64,000 nt of DNA from an uncultured Pseudobdellovibrionaceae bacterium (lineage in GTDB: Bacteria > Bdellovibrionota > FAC87 > UBA2466), in contig CAYNEF010000013.1 of the NCBI GenBank assembly GCA_964396165.1, forward strand, positions 13,478 to 77,477, in the 5' to 3' direction. The position numbers were made by a program, and so were the translations under genes. Of this stretch, positions 48,036-58,065 are shown piece by piece (the stretch's first letter is position 1; every line of letters starts with the position of its first letter). Under the pieces are notes generated by a model. The model was given only the letters and a program-made list of their open reading frames with translations. It did no database searches and was not told the origin of the DNA.

Positions 48036-48836
48036 ATGAACAATAAATTTATACAATCCACCCTATTTTTCGCATTACTTCTAAGCGTAACCAATTGCAC
48101 CACAAAGAATCAACTAAAAGCAATGCTTGTAGAAAATCCGGACATTTTAGTGGAAGCATTCCAGAAAAATCCCGATAAATTTTCACCCATATTCAATCAG
48201 GCTAGAGCACAAGCACAAGCGAGAAATGTGGAAGCTGAGAATGCGAAACGAGAAGAGGATTTTAAAAATCCCAAGCAGCCTTTAGTAGATACAAAACGGC
48301 CTATCAAAGGAAAAGTGAATGCGCCAGTTACGATCGTGGCCTATTCTGATTTTCAATGCCCTTTCTGCTCGCGAGTCGAAGACACGATGGCAGAACTCAT
48401 GAAAAAAAACGAAGGCAAAATCCGATACGTGTTTAAAAACTTCCCACTTCCTTTTCATCAATATGCCATGCCCGCAGCCCTTCGGTACGAAGCTATTTCC
48501 ATGCAGAGTAAAGAACTTGCTTTGAAATACCATGATGAACTTTTTAAAAATCAAAATCTGATGAATACGGAAAAAGAAGCGTATTTGGATAAAGCAGCGG
48601 CAAAGATTGGCGCCAATGTCGCAAAAATGAAAAAAGATATCGCAACAGATGCCGTTAAAAAGAGAGTCGAAGCAGATATCGAAGAAGGAAAAAAATTCGG
48701 CGTGACAGGAACCCCCGCCTTTCTTATCAACGGCGTCTTTATCAACGGAGCACGAGGAGTGCAGGACTTCGATGCGATTGTTCAAAGATGGCTTAAGAAC
48801 CCACCCACACGGGAAGTCAGTTCAGATAAGAAATGA
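48036..48836 (+). CDS. DsbA-family thiol:disulfide oxidoreductase
   Basis: Signal peptide. CPFC active site. Paralog of 36356 and 48833. Confidence 0.8.
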   Translation: MNNKFIQSTLFFALLLSVTNCTTKNQLKAMLVENPDILVEAFQKNPDKFSPIFNQARAQAQARNVEAENAKREEDFKNPKQPLVDTKRPIKGKVNAPVTIVAYSDFQCPFCSRVEDTMAELMKKNEGKIRYVFKNFPLPFHQYAMPAALRYEAISMQSKELALKYHDELFKNQNLMNTEKEAYLDKAAAKIGANVAKMKKDIATDAVKKRVEADIEEGKKFGVTGTPAFLINGVFINGARGVQDFDAIVQRWLKNPPTREVSSDKK

Positions 48837-49522
48837 AATATTTTTTAATTTCTATCCTGCTGGTAGGTCTTGTACATTGCACGCCCAAAGAGACCGTACC
48901 TGATTCTAAAACGGCGCAAGAAGAGCGAGCGCGCAAAGCCAAAGAAGAGTTTGAAAAGAAACTCGATGCAGATTTTGCAACCCCACTGCAACCTGATCTG
49001 TCAGAGAAACGCCCCTTTCGAGGTGCTAAGAACGCAAAAGTTGTTCTGGTTGTCTATTCTGATTTCCAATGCCCATTTTGCAGTAGAGGATTTCAGACAT
49101 TGGAGCAGGTGCGTGAAAAATACCCGAACGATGTGAAGATTATTTTTAAACACATGCCGCTTGAGATGCACTCCGCTGCTGAAACAGGGGCAAGGTATTT
49201 TGAAGCAATCGCACTTCAAGATGAAGAAAAAGCATGGAAGTTTCACGACACGCTTTTTTTAAACCAGGATCAGTTGGGGGAAGAAGCGGAAAAATACATG
49301 AAATCCACTGCAAAAAGTCTGAAAGTGGATATGAAAAAATTAGCAAAAGACATCAAGTCCGACGCTGTCACGAAACGCCTGAAAGCCGACTCAGAAGAAA
49401 CTAGAAAGTTTCGTTTTACTGGAGCTCCCTCTTTTATCGTGGGAGGAGTAAGAGTAGTTGGAGCTAAGGGTTTTCCGCTATTTGAAAAAATCATTGATAG
49501 GCATCTGAAGCCTAAGTCTTAG
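48833..49522 (+). CDS. DsbA-family thiol:disulfide oxidoreductase
   Basis: Signal peptide. CPFC. Its start overlaps the stop of the preceding DsbA gene. Confidence 0.8.
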   Translation: MKYFLISILLVGLVHCTPKETVPDSKTAQEERARKAKEEFEKKLDADFATPLQPDLSEKRPFRGAKNAKVVLVVYSDFQCPFCSRGFQTLEQVREKYPNDVKIIFKHMPLEMHSAAETGARYFEAIALQDEEKAWKFHDTLFLNQDQLGEEAEKYMKSTAKSLKVDMKKLAKDIKSDAVTKRLKADSEETRKFRFTGAPSFIVGGVRVVGAKGFPLFEKIIDRHLKPKS

Positions 49523-49527
49523 AAAAG

Positions 49528-49893
49528 TTACTTCTTCGCCAAGTTTCGTTGATTTTTCCAAATCATCACTGATGGCACAATCACAGAAATAAATAACGCT
49601 AAAATAATCCAAACAGACTTTGACGTATTTTCTCCTATTTCCGAAACCCCAGCAGAGCAGGGAAGAGTGGCTATGTTACGGCACTCGCCATTCGTAAAAA
49701 TACAAGGAGATTGTAGGTCACACGTTTCCTGGTCAGGTGCATCACAGCAATTTGAACATCCGTCTGGAGTGCCGGGGCAAAACTTGCATTGGCCCGTACA
49801 GTCGGTACTTGTAGCACAAGTACCTCCGCAATCTGCGGCGTAGAGATTCAAACTATAAAAAGATAGTAGAAAAGCTAGCAATGCAATTTTCAT
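49528..49893 (-). CDS. Small Cys-rich secreted protein with C-terminal transmembrane anchor and basic tail
   Basis: Signal peptide MKIALLAFLLSFYSLNLYA. 16 Cys in about 70 aa (CGGTCATSTDCTGQCKFCPG...). C-terminus ...VWIILALFISVIVPSVMIW-KNQRNLAKK, which is a transmembrane helix plus a basic cluster. Confidence 0.5.
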   Translation of the reverse strand: MKIALLAFLLSFYSLNLYAADCGGTCATSTDCTGQCKFCPGTPDGCSNCCDAPDQETCDLQSPCIFTNGECRNIATLPCSAGVSEIGENTSKSVWIILALFISVIVPSVMIWKNQRNLAKK

Positions 49894-49975
49894 TGGAAGA
49901 CCTTTGATTGAAGATAACAATAAGGATAAACGGAATGTTCTTATTAGACAATATGCTATGTTTTATGCGGTGAGC

Positions 49976-50620
49976 TTAAAAAATTCTAAAGGTGACTCGG
50001 CGGTTCTTACTTTGGTTTTCAATAATGGCGACACCTTCTTTATCACGGTTGGGAACAATGGGTTTTACGTCTCCCCAAGCAATGGCACTGGTTCTTTTTT
50101 GTAAGTTTTCAGGCAGGTTTAATGCGCGTAGTACTGCAAGAGCTCTTTTGGAAGACAGTTCCCAGTTATCCTCGATTTCTTTAGTGTGGATGGGAACGTC
50201 ATCAGTATGCCCTTCAATTCCGATATGAAAGCGATCAGGGACTTGAGACAAGGCTTTTGCCAAAGAATCTAGCTTTTGCAATCCCACTTCATGCAAGCGG
50301 TATTCGCCGCTGCTAAAAAAGACATTGTCTTTTACTTCAATGACAATCGCGTCTTCTTCTCTAGATACGGAAATTTGCTCTGAGAGTTTTTGCGTGTCGA
50401 CCCAAGCGTTAAATTTCTGTTGCATGACCTGGACTGGATCTGCGGGCTTAGGTTTGTTCTGGATAGTGGCAACAATTTCTTTAAAATCAGATTGTTTGAC
50501 TTTCTTGTAGGTGAAACTGAAAAGCATGACAAAAAATACGAACAGCAAAATCATCAAGTCGCTTAAAGAGGTAAGCCATAAGAACTCACCACTGTCTTCT
50601 TTTTTTCTTACGCGTTTCAT
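49976..50620 (-). CDS. motB: MotB/OmpA-family stator protein
   Basis: N-terminal transmembrane helix LMILLFVFFVMLFSF. C-terminal OmpA-like peptidoglycan-binding domain ...GHTDDVP...SSKRALAV. Confidence 0.75.
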   Translation of the reverse strand: MKRVRKKEDSGEFLWLTSLSDLMILLFVFFVMLFSFTYKKVKQSDFKEIVATIQNKPKPADPVQVMQQKFNAWVDTQKLSEQISVSREEDAIVIEVKDNVFFSSGEYRLHEVGLQKLDSLAKALSQVPDRFHIGIEGHTDDVPIHTKEIEDNWELSSKRALAVLRALNLPENLQKRTSAIAWGDVKPIVPNRDKEGVAIIENQSKNRRVTFRIF

Positions 50621-51397
50621 TTAAGAAGCTTTTTTGCTCGTCTGATTGGGATTTTCAATTTCCGCCGCATCCGCAAAATAATTGCTTGGCTTTCTTTTTT
50701 CCATCAGCTCAAGCCATTTCATTGTCTGATCATAGCCTTCGTTCTCAATATCATGAACCCGTTCCAATTTTTGTTGTAGCGGAGTCCAGACACAGATAGA
50801 AAAGAATAAACCGTAAAAAGTGGTAAGAAGCGCCAAACTCATGTTGGATCCTATTTTAGACGGATCTTCTAATGTGGAAAGCAGCCTTACCATCCCAAGA
50901 ATAGTTCCTAACATGCCGAGAGAGGGTGCAAGTCTGAGTCCCATGGAGGTGACTGAGAGACACTGCTGCGTTCTATTGGCAAATCTATCTCTTTCGATTT
51001 CCAGTAATTCCCGGATGTCAGAAGCCGGCATTTTTACAGACAGGCGTTCAATGGATTTTTTCACATAAGAGGATATTTTGCCCGTTTTTACTCTTTCAAA
51101 TACGGCAATTCCTTCGGCGTAAAAATCTTTGCCTAATTTATGTAAAAGCATGGCTTCTTTTTCATGCAAGTGGATTCTGGTTTTGGGCCCGTCTCCAAAA
51201 ACAAGACTTAAAACGCGCGCAAGCACTTCGCCTTCGAAACAAACCATGGCAAGCGCTATTGGGCCAAGACCCGTAAGCACAATGGCGGGCCAATGGAGCA
51301 TGCGGTAAGCCCCTTCCAAGGAAGATTGGCTTTCGAATTCATACACAACAAACAGGCAGGTAAACAATAATGCTACCCCAGATAGTCGAGAAATCAT
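50621..51397 (-). CDS. motA: MotA/TolQ/ExbB-family proton channel
   Basis: 4 transmembrane helices. C-terminal signature LTTFYGLFFSICVWTPL. Confidence 0.8.
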   Translation of the reverse strand: MISRLSGVALLFTCLFVVYEFESQSSLEGAYRMLHWPAIVLTGLGPIALAMVCFEGEVLARVLSLVFGDGPKTRIHLHEKEAMLLHKLGKDFYAEGIAVFERVKTGKISSYVKKSIERLSVKMPASDIRELLEIERDRFANRTQQCLSVTSMGLRLAPSLGMLGTILGMVRLLSTLEDPSKIGSNMSLALLTTFYGLFFSICVWTPLQQKLERVHDIENEGYDQTMKWLELMEKRKPSNYFADAAEIENPNQTSKKAS

Positions 51398-53082
51398 GCA
51401 ATCGCCTCACGGATTTTTTTGGTCAAAATAATTTTTGCTGCATTTGTTTTTTCTTTGTCAGATTCTTTATACCCTTGCAATTGATCGAGAAGGTGCTCTC
51501 TTCTTTTAGGAGATAATGCATCCAAAAGCACATCTGCTACATCCTTACTGCAAGTGGAAAGAGCCAGACACAATTCATCGTTATCTACATTCACAAGTAC
51601 TTTTTCAAGGATGGAGTCTGGTAAGCTTGCTGCGTCTTCCAGGGCAAATCGGTATTTTTTTAAAGAGGGATATAGGTCAGGTTTTTCTCTTTCAATGATT
51701 CTTAAAATTGAGTCCTGATCGTCTGCTTCACTTAAGATGTTTCCCCAGAAATCTGCTTCGTCTTTACTTGCGCCGAAAATATTTTTAGGAAGTTGGTTGG
51801 AAATCTTTCTTACCTGTTGTTCGATTTCGACAAGCTCTGAAAACGGAATCTGGTTTAGTTTGGAAGAGTAGGCTAGTACTTCTGATTTTTGCTTGTCAGT
51901 AAGTGTCTTTAGTATTTTTGCAGATTGTTCAGGCCGCATGAATCTTAATAGCACGCAAACAGTGCGCGGAGTTTGTTGCTGAGCAATCGCATTTATTTGT
52001 TCATCGGTTAAATAATGCATGAATCCGAAAAACTGTCCGCTTTTCCAGTCTTGTGCTCTTACGTACTCATCAAAGTTTTTTTCATGTCTTTGCAGTTTTT
52101 GATCGAGATCGGGAGGCTCGATGAGTTTAAGGGGACGGGTGACACGTACACCGTCTAGTAAACTGTCAAAAGCAGGTCCTTGAAGACCCGCATAGAGTTC
52201 CATACGAAGATCTGTATTTAAAACATCGTGGTAATTTTTAAAAGCTTCTGATCTGGAGAGAAATTTCGCAAGCAGGCGCTGGCGTAATTCAGCAGCAGAT
52301 TCTTCCGTCGATTCTTTCGACTGTGATTTTTGAAAAGACTGGCTCTTTGCTACTTCATGCGGGTGCATAAAGGGAAGTAAGTTTCTTAAAGAGGTGTCTG
52401 CATTCCCATTTTTTTGAGATTCCCGCTGAATAAGAAGCATCATGGCGATTGCACCCAAGACTGCTGCCCCAATCCATTTTACATACTGCCAAACTTGTTC
52501 CATGAGTGTGGGGGGAGTTTTTTCTTTTAACTTCTCAAGCTCAACCTGCATTTTTTCCATTAAAACTTCTGCTTCTGATTTTGCCGGTTTTCTTTCAGGC
52601 TTTAGCATAGGAAGTTCGGAATAGCTGACAAAGGCCTTATTCGAATAGCTTCCGCGTAAGTATTCCTGAACTGCGTTTTTTGCCTGTGTGATAGTGGCAG
52701 GCTTTAGCGCGTCATCGAATTTTACATACACTCGAAGTGCCGCTAGTTCGCTTGAGTCTACGGTTCTATAGACTTGTCTAGACTGCGTTGGCTTGTCTTT
52801 GGATCTTTCTTCTTTTATTTCGGGAACAAAGCCAGGCATCGGTGGAACAGTAGTTTCTTCTTCTCTTTCCACTTGAGAAATAATCGTTTCGCCTTCTACC
52901 AGTTTGCGTTCAGATTTAACCTGCACTTCGGCATTTACCTGCACCAGAAATTCTTCTTTGGGAATCAGTCGGGATAAAGCATTTTCCAGATCCCCTTGTA
53001 CTTTACTTTCGACAAGATAAGCGTCATTCATCGCAGAGGCGATAAGCGGAAATAAAAATAAAATGTAGCCGAAATGCTTCAT
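51394..53082 (-). CDS. Bitopic hypothetical protein with a periplasmic N-domain and a cytoplasmic helical (FliG/MgtE-N-like) C-domain; partner of MotAB
   Basis: Signal peptide. One transmembrane helix near aa 200. C-terminal helical repeats. ATGA overlaps with both neighbours. Confidence 0.4.
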   Translation of the reverse strand: MKHFGYILFLFPLIASAMNDAYLVESKVQGDLENALSRLIPKEEFLVQVNAEVQVKSERKLVEGETIISQVEREEETTVPPMPGFVPEIKEERSKDKPTQSRQVYRTVDSSELAALRVYVKFDDALKPATITQAKNAVQEYLRGSYSNKAFVSYSELPMLKPERKPAKSEAEVLMEKMQVELEKLKEKTPPTLMEQVWQYVKWIGAAVLGAIAMMLLIQRESQKNGNADTSLRNLLPFMHPHEVAKSQSFQKSQSKESTEESAAELRQRLLAKFLSRSEAFKNYHDVLNTDLRMELYAGLQGPAFDSLLDGVRVTRPLKLIEPPDLDQKLQRHEKNFDEYVRAQDWKSGQFFGFMHYLTDEQINAIAQQQTPRTVCVLLRFMRPEQSAKILKTLTDKQKSEVLAYSSKLNQIPFSELVEIEQQVRKISNQLPKNIFGASKDEADFWGNILSEADDQDSILRIIEREKPDLYPSLKKYRFALEDAASLPDSILEKVLVNVDNDELCLALSTCSKDVADVLLDALSPKRREHLLDQLQGYKESDKEKTNAAKIILTKKIREAIA

Positions 53083-53717
53083 TTGAATTTTTCGAGAAGA
53101 TTTTTTACTTGTAAGTTATTGGGTTCTAAAACGAGAGCTTGCTGCCAAGCTTTTTTTGCCAAATCAGATTGCTTTTGCGCATACATCAAACTGCCTTTCA
53201 TGACCCAGGCACGCGCATAGTCCGGTTTTTTGCGCAAGATTTCTTCCACTACTTGCGTTGACTCATAAAATTTCTTTTTGTTGTAAAGGCGGTTTGCCTC
53301 TAAGACCATTCGATCTGTCTCATCGTATTCGATGATGATTTTTGGGGGAATCACTGCGGCAGGTTCGCGTTTTTCTTCTTCCACTTTTTTTGTCGTAATG
53401 GTTGTATTGTTTTCAGTGGTATTGGATGTGGAATTTGCGCCGCCTGGCATTTGCATCCCGGGCATTCCAGGCATCATCATTACCGTCGGTAATTGTGGCT
53501 GTGGCGTTGGAGTAGGTGAGGGCTTGATTTCACTCATTGGAATTTCAATATTGTAGTTAAACCCGCCGTCTGGAGCATAATCGCCCATGATGATTTTTTT
53601 TCCATAGGGAGTGATCAGTTCAAGGCCGGCTTGAGTCTCATGCACGTGGTAGTTTTCATTGCTGTCTGCAAAGACAAGACACGATGAAAGCAGTATGAAT
53701 GTATAAACCCATTCCAT
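53079..53717 (-). CDS. Secreted TPR-repeat protein with a Pro-rich linker
   Basis: Signal peptide. PTPTPQPQLP low-complexity stretch. C-terminal TPR (...AWVMKGSLMYAQKQ...AWQQALVLEPNN). Confidence 0.6.
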   Translation of the reverse strand: MEWVYTFILLSSCLVFADSNENYHVHETQAGLELITPYGKKIIMGDYAPDGGFNYNIEIPMSEIKPSPTPTPQPQLPTVMMMPGMPGMQMPGGANSTSNTTENNTTITTKKVEEEKREPAAVIPPKIIIEYDETDRMVLEANRLYNKKKFYESTQVVEEILRKKPDYARAWVMKGSLMYAQKQSDLAKKAWQQALVLEPNNLQVKNLLEKFK

Positions 53718-53720
53718 GGA

Positions 53721-54665
53721 TTAATGTCCCAATGAGATTCCTATATGCGCGCCTGCGTATCCTTTGTTGATAGAGGCGTCTTCTTTGTCTGGTGAAAAAT
53801 AAATGGCGTCGGCACCCAGTACGGCAAGCGAACCTAAAAAGAGTTCCACTGAAGCACGGCCGGCAAATCCTTTTGCACCACCACCGAACGCGTAACCGAG
53901 TCCCGGGTTGATGGAATAACTTAAAAAGCTGTGTCCGAATCTTCCTCTAAAAGCAAGAGTGGGGCATAGAGCAATAATACTGCCACTGCCAAAGACTGCA
54001 TGTAAACTTAAGCCTGCTTTTGCAAATCCCACTTCTTCAAGCAGTGCCAATCCGACAGAGTTTGAAGTAGTCGATTCAGAGGATGTGGAAGCGCCACCAA
54101 ACATTTTTCCAGAACCAAGTGTAAAAAGAAACTGAACAGAACTGTCTTGGATGCTGAGTGCGGGTACGGTAAATCTCTCAGCGCTGATTAAATCTCCCGT
54201 TGGGTTTTTATAAAGACTGGCTTGAGCGATCAAATTCAATTTTGTTCGGTAAATTTCCACGATGAGAAAAGATTCTACGGGATAACGTTTGCCCAGCTGT
54301 TTGATGTGCTCAATATCAGGCGCGCCTTTACTGATCACTACTCTGTCTTCAGAAACATTGATCTGAGGGGTACGGCATTCGGAACAAGAGGTGACTTTAG
54401 TAATTCCTTTTTCAGACAACCCTTTCATTATTTCTGTTTCTACAATGTTGCTGAAATCTTGATCGAGCGGGTAGTTGGTGTGAACATAGAAAATACCTAC
54501 GGACCTAGGACGCATTTCCTGATCACTTATCCAATCGGCAATTTCCTCACCGATCGTAGAGCCTGCTTTAAACTCAGCCTCTTCCGGTGACCGTGCAAAA
54601 GTGCTTGCGGAAATTACGATCGCAAGAAGAAGAATAAAATAGTTGTATTTTCTTTTCGTATTCAT
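53721..54665 (-). CDS. Hypothetical secreted protein, possible outer-membrane beta-barrel
   Basis: Signal peptide. C-terminal half is G/A/S/F-rich with alternating hydrophobic residues. Confidence 0.4.
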   Translation of the reverse strand: MNTKRKYNYFILLLAIVISASTFARSPEEAEFKAGSTIGEEIADWISDQEMRPRSVGIFYVHTNYPLDQDFSNIVETEIMKGLSEKGITKVTSCSECRTPQINVSEDRVVISKGAPDIEHIKQLGKRYPVESFLIVEIYRTKLNLIAQASLYKNPTGDLISAERFTVPALSIQDSSVQFLFTLGSGKMFGGASTSSESTTSNSVGLALLEEVGFAKAGLSLHAVFGSGSIIALCPTLAFRGRFGHSFLSYSINPGLGYAFGGGAKGFAGRASVELFLGSLAVLGADAIYFSPDKEDASINKGYAGAHIGISLGH

Positions 54666-54706
54666 CCAGTAACCTTTTCGGTAAATCGTGAAAAAATCTC
54701 CACAAT

Positions 54707-55534
54707 TTGTTTTTGAGTCTTTATGCAGAGCGAAAAATTGAGAACTGCTACAATAGAATCGTGAAAAGGATCCAACTCAACCTGCTGCTGTGCATTGTTT
54801 TTGGAAGTGTTTCTTTTGCTGCCATCGAAAAGGCAGAGAATGTTGAATCAATCAAACCAAGACAAGCGCTAATGGGTAAAATTCTGACAGTGGATGCAGG
54901 AGTGGGCTTTCCCAATTTAATTTCTGTTGAAGCGGCGCTTCATATTTTGCCCCGTTTGCATGCGGGTGTTAGTTACGGGATGTATCCTTCCAGCTTTACC
55001 TTTCACCCTGTTTTAAATTCGAATGAACAATCAGCAAAGTTCTCTGACGGAAGAAACTATACTTTGACGCCCGATATCACAAGCAAGCTTGATGCTGCAG
55101 TCCCCTTTGTTCGCTATTTCCCCGGGCAGGATAATTTTTACTTTCAATTGGCTTACGCTATTTTGCGTGTGCAGTCCGATGTCACAAGCGGCCTGCAAGA
55201 TGTAAACGGAATTCCGGTATCAGGAGCCGTGATTAAAGGAAAAGTAGATTTCATGCAATATATGCCGACACTTTCCATCGGTGCCTTGTTTACGACAAAC
55301 ATCTTCTTTTTTAATACGAGTCTTGGAGCATCCGTCTTACAAAGCATCACCACAAAGGTTTCTTTAACAGGCGAGTTGCCCGATAGACTGGGAGGAAGCG
55401 GGGGCGACAACGCGACGGCAATCTCCAAGCTGGAAGAAGAACTCGCAAAAAATTCTGACACAGCGGTAGCTGCTTTGCGTAATCAGGTAACCTTTGTCCC
55501 ATCCTTCTACCTCTCCTTCGGCTTCATGTTCTAA
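54707..55534 (+). CDS. Hypothetical outer-membrane protein (beta-barrel-like, C-terminal Phe)
   Basis: Signal peptide. Ends ...FYLSFGFMF, an aromatic C-terminus typical of outer-membrane proteins. A GTG at 54761 is an alternative start. Confidence 0.4.
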   Translation: MFLSLYAERKIENCYNRIVKRIQLNLLLCIVFGSVSFAAIEKAENVESIKPRQALMGKILTVDAGVGFPNLISVEAALHILPRLHAGVSYGMYPSSFTFHPVLNSNEQSAKFSDGRNYTLTPDITSKLDAAVPFVRYFPGQDNFYFQLAYAILRVQSDVTSGLQDVNGIPVSGAVIKGKVDFMQYMPTLSIGALFTTNIFFFNTSLGASVLQSITTKVSLTGELPDRLGGSGGDNATAISKLEEELAKNSDTAVAALRNQVTFVPSFYLSFGFMF

Positions 55535-55617
55535 CCTCTTCCCAAAGGGTTACTATTGCTGTGCTTTACGAGCAGTCTTGAAGTTTCACGTTCGGGACGC
55601 TATAGCATTAGAACATT

Positions 55618-56352
55618 ATGGAAGCCGCCAATACCGCGTTCGCCGTTATTCCCGCAAGAGCGCACTCGTCCCGGTTCCCCTTTAAAATAATCGCCCCGAT
55701 TCTTGAAAAACCAATGATTCAATACGTCTGGGAAAACGCAAATCAGGCAAAAACATTGAGCAGTGTGGTGATTGCAACAGACAACGAAGTGATTGCAGAA
55801 GTCATCCGGGGATTTGGCGGAAAGGTTGTTTTGACACCAGAATTGCCATCGGGAAGTGATCGGGTAGCTTTTGTAGCAAAAGACTCTAATGCAGATTTCA
55901 TAATCAATATTCAAGGAGACGAGCCCTTGTTATCGTCTCAGACGATAGACAGACTGGTCTTGGCCTTGAGAGAAAACCCGTTATCCGATTTGTCTACGTT
56001 GGCAGTTAAATTGACCGATAAAAGCCAGCTTGCAAATCCCAATTGCGTCAAAGTGGTAATGAATAAATCTGGAGAAGCCTTGTATTTCTCCAGAGCTCCG
56101 CTACAGACAGAATCTGACGGCACTTTTTTCAAGCATGTCGGTATTTATGCTTATCGCAAAAATGCATTAATGAAGTTTTGCAAACTCCCTCAAGGGAAAC
56201 TAGAATTAACGGAAAAGTTGGAACAGTTAAGAGCGCTGGAAAACGGTATGAGAATACAGGTAGTGGAAATCGAAAACGATACCATCGCAGTGGATACGCC
56301 CGAAGATTTGAAAAAAGTTGAGTCGTACTTACGGAAAGAAAGAAAGATATGA
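55618..56352 (+). CDS. kdsB: 3-deoxy-manno-octulosonate cytidylyltransferase (CMP-Kdo synthetase)
   Basis: [22 protein letters not shown]. Confidence 0.85.
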   Translation: MEAANTAFAVIPARAHSSRFPFKIIAPILEKPMIQYVWENANQAKTLSSVVIATDNEVIAEVIRGFGGKVVLTPELPSGSDRVAFVAKDSNADFIINIQGDEPLLSSQTIDRLVLALRENPLSDLSTLAVKLTDKSQLANPNCVKVVMNKSGEALYFSRAPLQTESDGTFFKHVGIYAYRKNALMKFCKLPQGKLELTEKLEQLRALENGMRIQVVEIENDTIAVDTPEDLKKVESYLRKERKI

Positions 56353-58058
56353 AAACAAAATATATTTTTGTCACAGGTGGGGTGCTTTCGTCTTTAGGGA
56401 AGGGACTTGCTTCTGCTTCTTTGGGCGCTTTGCTTGAAAATCGTGGTCTCAATATCACGATGATGAAAATGGATCCGTATTTGAATGTCGATCCGGGTAC
56501 GATGAATCCTTTCCAGCATGGTGAAGTTTTTGTCACCGAAGATGGTGCAGAAACCGATTTGGATTTAGGCCATTATGAACGGTTTACCAATGTAAATTTG
56601 AAGCGCGAAAACAGTGTCAGTGCAGGCCAAGTCTACGAAACAGTCATTGCGCGCGAACGCCGAGGTGGATATTTAGGCGGTACGGTACAAGTGATTCCGC
56701 ATATTACGGATGAAATAAAAGAAAGAATTAAAAAAGCGGCAAAGGGAAAAGACGTCGCGATTATCGAAATCGGCGGCACAGTCGGAGATATTGAGTCTCT
56801 CCCGTTTTTAGAAGCTATCAGACAATTTCGCTTTGATGTGGAAGAAGAAAATGTTCTTTATATTCATTTAACCTTAGTCCCGTTCTTGGGTTTGTCGGGA
56901 GAATTAAAAACCAAGCCCACACAGCATTCCGTACAGAAATTGAGAGAAATCGGAATTCAACCTGATTTTCTCTTGTGCCGTACGGACAGAATAATTCCGG
57001 ATGAAGTGCGGGCAAAAATTGCGCTTTTCTGTAACATGAAAGCAGAAAATGTCATTACGGCACGTGACGTCTCCAATATTTATGAAGTACCGCTGGTATT
57101 TTATAAACAGGGGCTTGATGAAAAAATCTGTAACAAACTTAAATTGAAGAACAAAGCCAAGGGGCTCGAGCGTTGGGCGAAAATTTCTGAAGTGATTGCC
57201 TCTCCCAAAAATGGTGCGATTGAAATTGGTGTCGTCGGTAAATACGTAGATTTGACCGAGTCTTACAAGAGCGTCAGTGAAGCGCTTGTACATGGCGGAA
57301 TCGCAAACCAGGTTTATTTGAAATTGCGTTATATCGACTCTGAAAAACTGGAAAAAGAAAAAGATATCGCAGCACAGCTGCAGGGATTGTCCGGAATTCT
57401 TGTTCCGGGTGGTTTTGGCCAAAGAGGAGTCGAAGGCAAAATCAAGGCGATTGAATATGCCCGCAAAAATAAAATCCCGTATTTCGGGATTTGTATCGGA
57501 TTGCAACTTGCGATAATCGAATATGCAAGAAATGTCTGCTCTTTAAACAAAGCCACTAGCCGTGAGTTTTCCAACACGGGAGAATTTGTAATTGATCTGA
57601 TGGAAGATCAAAAACGCGTGGACAAGCTGGGCGGTAGCATGCGCCTGGGATCTTACATCTGTAAACTGACAAGCGGATCTCTTGCCAGCGAAACCTATAA
57701 AAAGAATGAAATCAGCGAACGTCACAGACACCGTTATGAAGTGAACAATCACTACCGAAAAACGTTGGAAGATGCGGGCTTGAGCATTTCGGGAATCAAT
57801 CAGGAGCTAAATCTTGTAGAAATGATTGAAGTGAAAAACCATCCGTGGTTTTTGGGCTGCCAATTCCATCCTGAATTCAAATCCAAGCCGTTTCTTCCAC
57901 ACCCTTTATTTGTAGGGTTTGTGAAGGCAGCTTTGAAGTATAGTTTGAATAAGGGCGGTACAAAGGCCACAAAAAAGGGCGGAAAAGATGTCGCGCCCTT
58001 ACTTTCTAAAATGAAAAAGAAGTCTCGTAGCCAATCAAACCGCGAAGTACGTTGGTAG
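56349..58058 (+). CDS. pyrG: CTP synthase
   Basis: N-terminus [16 protein letters not shown]. Glutamine amidotransferase triad region GICIGLQ...HRHRYE. Confidence 0.95.
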   Translation: MKTKYIFVTGGVLSSLGKGLASASLGALLENRGLNITMMKMDPYLNVDPGTMNPFQHGEVFVTEDGAETDLDLGHYERFTNVNLKRENSVSAGQVYETVIARERRGGYLGGTVQVIPHITDEIKERIKKAAKGKDVAIIEIGGTVGDIESLPFLEAIRQFRFDVEEENVLYIHLTLVPFLGLSGELKTKPTQHSVQKLREIGIQPDFLLCRTDRIIPDEVRAKIALFCNMKAENVITARDVSNIYEVPLVFYKQGLDEKICNKLKLKNKAKGLERWAKISEVIASPKNGAIEIGVVGKYVDLTESYKSVSEALVHGGIANQVYLKLRYIDSEKLEKEKDIAAQLQGLSGILVPGGFGQRGVEGKIKAIEYARKNKIPYFGICIGLQLAIIEYARNVCSLNKATSREFSNTGEFVIDLMEDQKRVDKLGGSMRLGSYICKLTSGSLASETYKKNEISERHRHRYEVNNHYRKTLEDAGLSISGINQELNLVEMIEVKNHPWFLGCQFHPEFKSKPFLPHPLFVGFVKAALKYSLNKGGTKATKKGGKDVAPLLSKMKKKSRSQSNREVRW

Positions 58059-58065
58059 TCGAGAA

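Noticed and set aside
56904-57506. 200-aa minus-strand ORF inside pyrG
   Set aside because: pyrG on the plus strand is unambiguous. The antisense ORF is spurious.
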